Positions 34,775 to 36,108 of a DNA stretch of 36,108 nt are shown piece after piece. This stretch comes from a virus (lineage: Duplodnaviria; Caudoviricetes), in the IMG/VR virus record IMGVR_UViG_3300023283_000215, positions 1-36,108 of that record; one strand, 5' to 3'. The position numbers and the translations under genes are program-made. Under the pieces are notes generated by a model, which worked only from the letters and a program-made list of their open reading frames with translations, made no database searches and was not told where the DNA came from. The first letter of the stretch is position 1, and every line of letters begins with the position of its first letter.

Positions 34775-36108
34775 TTAAAACCAATCTCCCTTTTTGATTT
34801 CGGTCGCCAGTGGTATTTCCTGCTTCAGCGTCCCGTTGGTAAATTCCATGTAGTCGGGTTGTTCCGGCAAACGAAACATCATGGCATCATCCAACAGCGC
34901 ACAGGCCCGCTGGATCTCGTTTCGGGGAGAATCCAATACGATGGAGTCATGCACCTGTAACACAAGCAGTGTCCTCATCCCCCTTTTTTCGAGGTCCCGA
35001 TCCAGCGCTATCATGGCCAGATAGGACAGGAACACAGCCGGATTCTGAATCGGAAAATTGTACGCCTGGTTCCTCTGGTGCCTGTCGCCAATATCATTCA
35101 GATACCGGCGGAAACCGAAAACGGACTCCACGAACCCCTGCTCTTGTACCGATTCTTCTATCTGTTGATGAAATCGAAGAATTTCCGGATGTTGTTTAAA
35201 CCAGTCCCGAATGAATTGTCCCCCTTTGGCAATCGGAATTCCGTACTTCTCTTTCAATCCGCTTGCGGTAATTCCGTAGATACAACTGAAATTGAGATTC
35301 TTGGCAACACTCCGCTGTTCCTTGCTGAAATTTTCCCGGAACATCCTTTTGGCGGTTTCATCATGCGGATCGAGACCCTTATCGAACGCGTCCAACATCC
35401 CGGGTACTTCAGCAACAGCGGCAATGGTCCGGAGTTCGTGTTGCGAGTAATCCCCCTGAATAATCTTTCCGCCCTTGAATCGGCTGGTCAGGGCTTTACG
35501 GTGCCGTCCCTCCCGGTCCACGTTTTGAAGATTGGGCGAACTGCACGAGAGTCGATAGGTTACGGTTGCAAAATTGTATTGCGGGTGAATCAGATTCCGT
35601 TCGTCCAAATGCTTTTCCACCCAGGGAGTCAGACGCTTCAAAAAACTTTGCTCTTTTTTCGCCTGGACCAGTGGAACCAGTTTAGATTCCATCTCCGCGA
35701 ACACTTCCAGGGACGGAAGATCAGCCTTCGGCGTCGTTCTCCTCCCATTCTTCTTGTTCCACGCCAGGGGTTCCAACCCCAGTTGGTCAAACAGTAGTTC
35801 TCTTAGTTGTTTCGACGAACTCGGGTTGAGGTCCGGGAACATCTTCTGGAGTCGTGCCAGGTGCCGTTTCTCGGCTTTCCGGGACTTTTTCAGTTCCCCG
35901 GCCAGCACGTTCCGATCGCAGTGCAATCCCCGTTTAGTCATCGAAGCCAGAACTCCGGCCAACGGAGAAAGACATTCCAGACACACTTTTTGCTGTGTCT
36001 CGGTTAGGGTTCGATCCTGGTGGTCCGCCAACAAGGCCGTGTGGATCGTATCCTGAGCACAATATTCCCCCAAAAGAGGAAGAGGAACGTTGGCGTACCC
36101 GGCAGCTT
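34775..36108 (-). CDS. polA: Family A DNA polymerase (5'-truncated)
   Basis: The frame is open to the window end. ExoIII YCAQD; RLSCSSPNLQN; motif A DYSQHELR; motif B RSVAKNLNFSCIYG; NFPIQ; motif C QVHDSIV. Confidence 0.96.
   Translation of the reverse strand, partial: AAGYANVPLPLLGEYCAQDTIHTALLADHQDRTLTETQQKVCLECLSPLAGVLASMTKRGLHCDRNVLAGELKKSRKAEKRHLARLQKMFPDLNPSSSKQLRELLFDQLGLEPLAWNKKNGRRTTPKADLPSLEVFAEMESKLVPLVQAKKEQSFLKRLTPWVEKHLDERNLIHPQYNFATVTYRLSCSSPNLQNVDREGRHRKALTSRFKGGKIIQGDYSQHELRTIAAVAEVPGMLDAFDKGLDPHDETAKRMFRENFSKEQRSVAKNLNFSCIYGITASGLKEKYGIPIAKGGQFIRDWFKQHPEILRFHQQIEESVQEQGFVESVFGFRRYLNDIGDRHQRNQAYNFPIQNPAVFLSYLAMIALDRDLEKRGMRTLLVLQVHDSIVLDSPRNEIQRACALLDDAMMFRLPEQPDYMEFTNGTLKQEIPLATEIKKGDWF

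Overview
This window is an internal fragment of a tailed dsDNA phage genome (Caudoviricetes) with podovirus-type architecture; both ends fall inside genes. The + strand (1-27587) is the virion/late region: tail-fibre and lectin-like genes, two small paralogous beta-proteins, a RebB/R-body-like protein, large terminase, portal, Gln-rich scaffold, GroES-like co-chaperonin, major capsid, head-tail adaptor, tail nozzle, five ejection-type proteins, an HNH nuclease, a 964-aa internal protein and small accessory ORFs. The - strand (27703-36108) converges on it and carries replication/regulation genes: family A DNA polymerase, gp32-like SSB, DHH phosphoesterase, CsrA, DnaB-like helicase, HNH, primase, XRE HTH, RuvC-like resolvase, a lipoprotein and a holin-like protein. 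No integrase, tRNA, CRISPR array or endolysin is visible. The CsrA N-terminus suggests a Planctomycetota host (inference). The main unusual signals are: (1) five consecutive ejection proteins (~1,610 aa) with no Tyr or Cys and almost no Trp, His or Met; (2) a Reb-like gene next to the terminase; (3) an insertion-bearing CsrA plus a second divergent CsrA-like ORF, and nested intergenic RNA structures; (4) an unannotated SPKK histone-H1-like micropeptide and recurrent Lys-rich tails. All family calls come from motif recognition by eye, not database searches.
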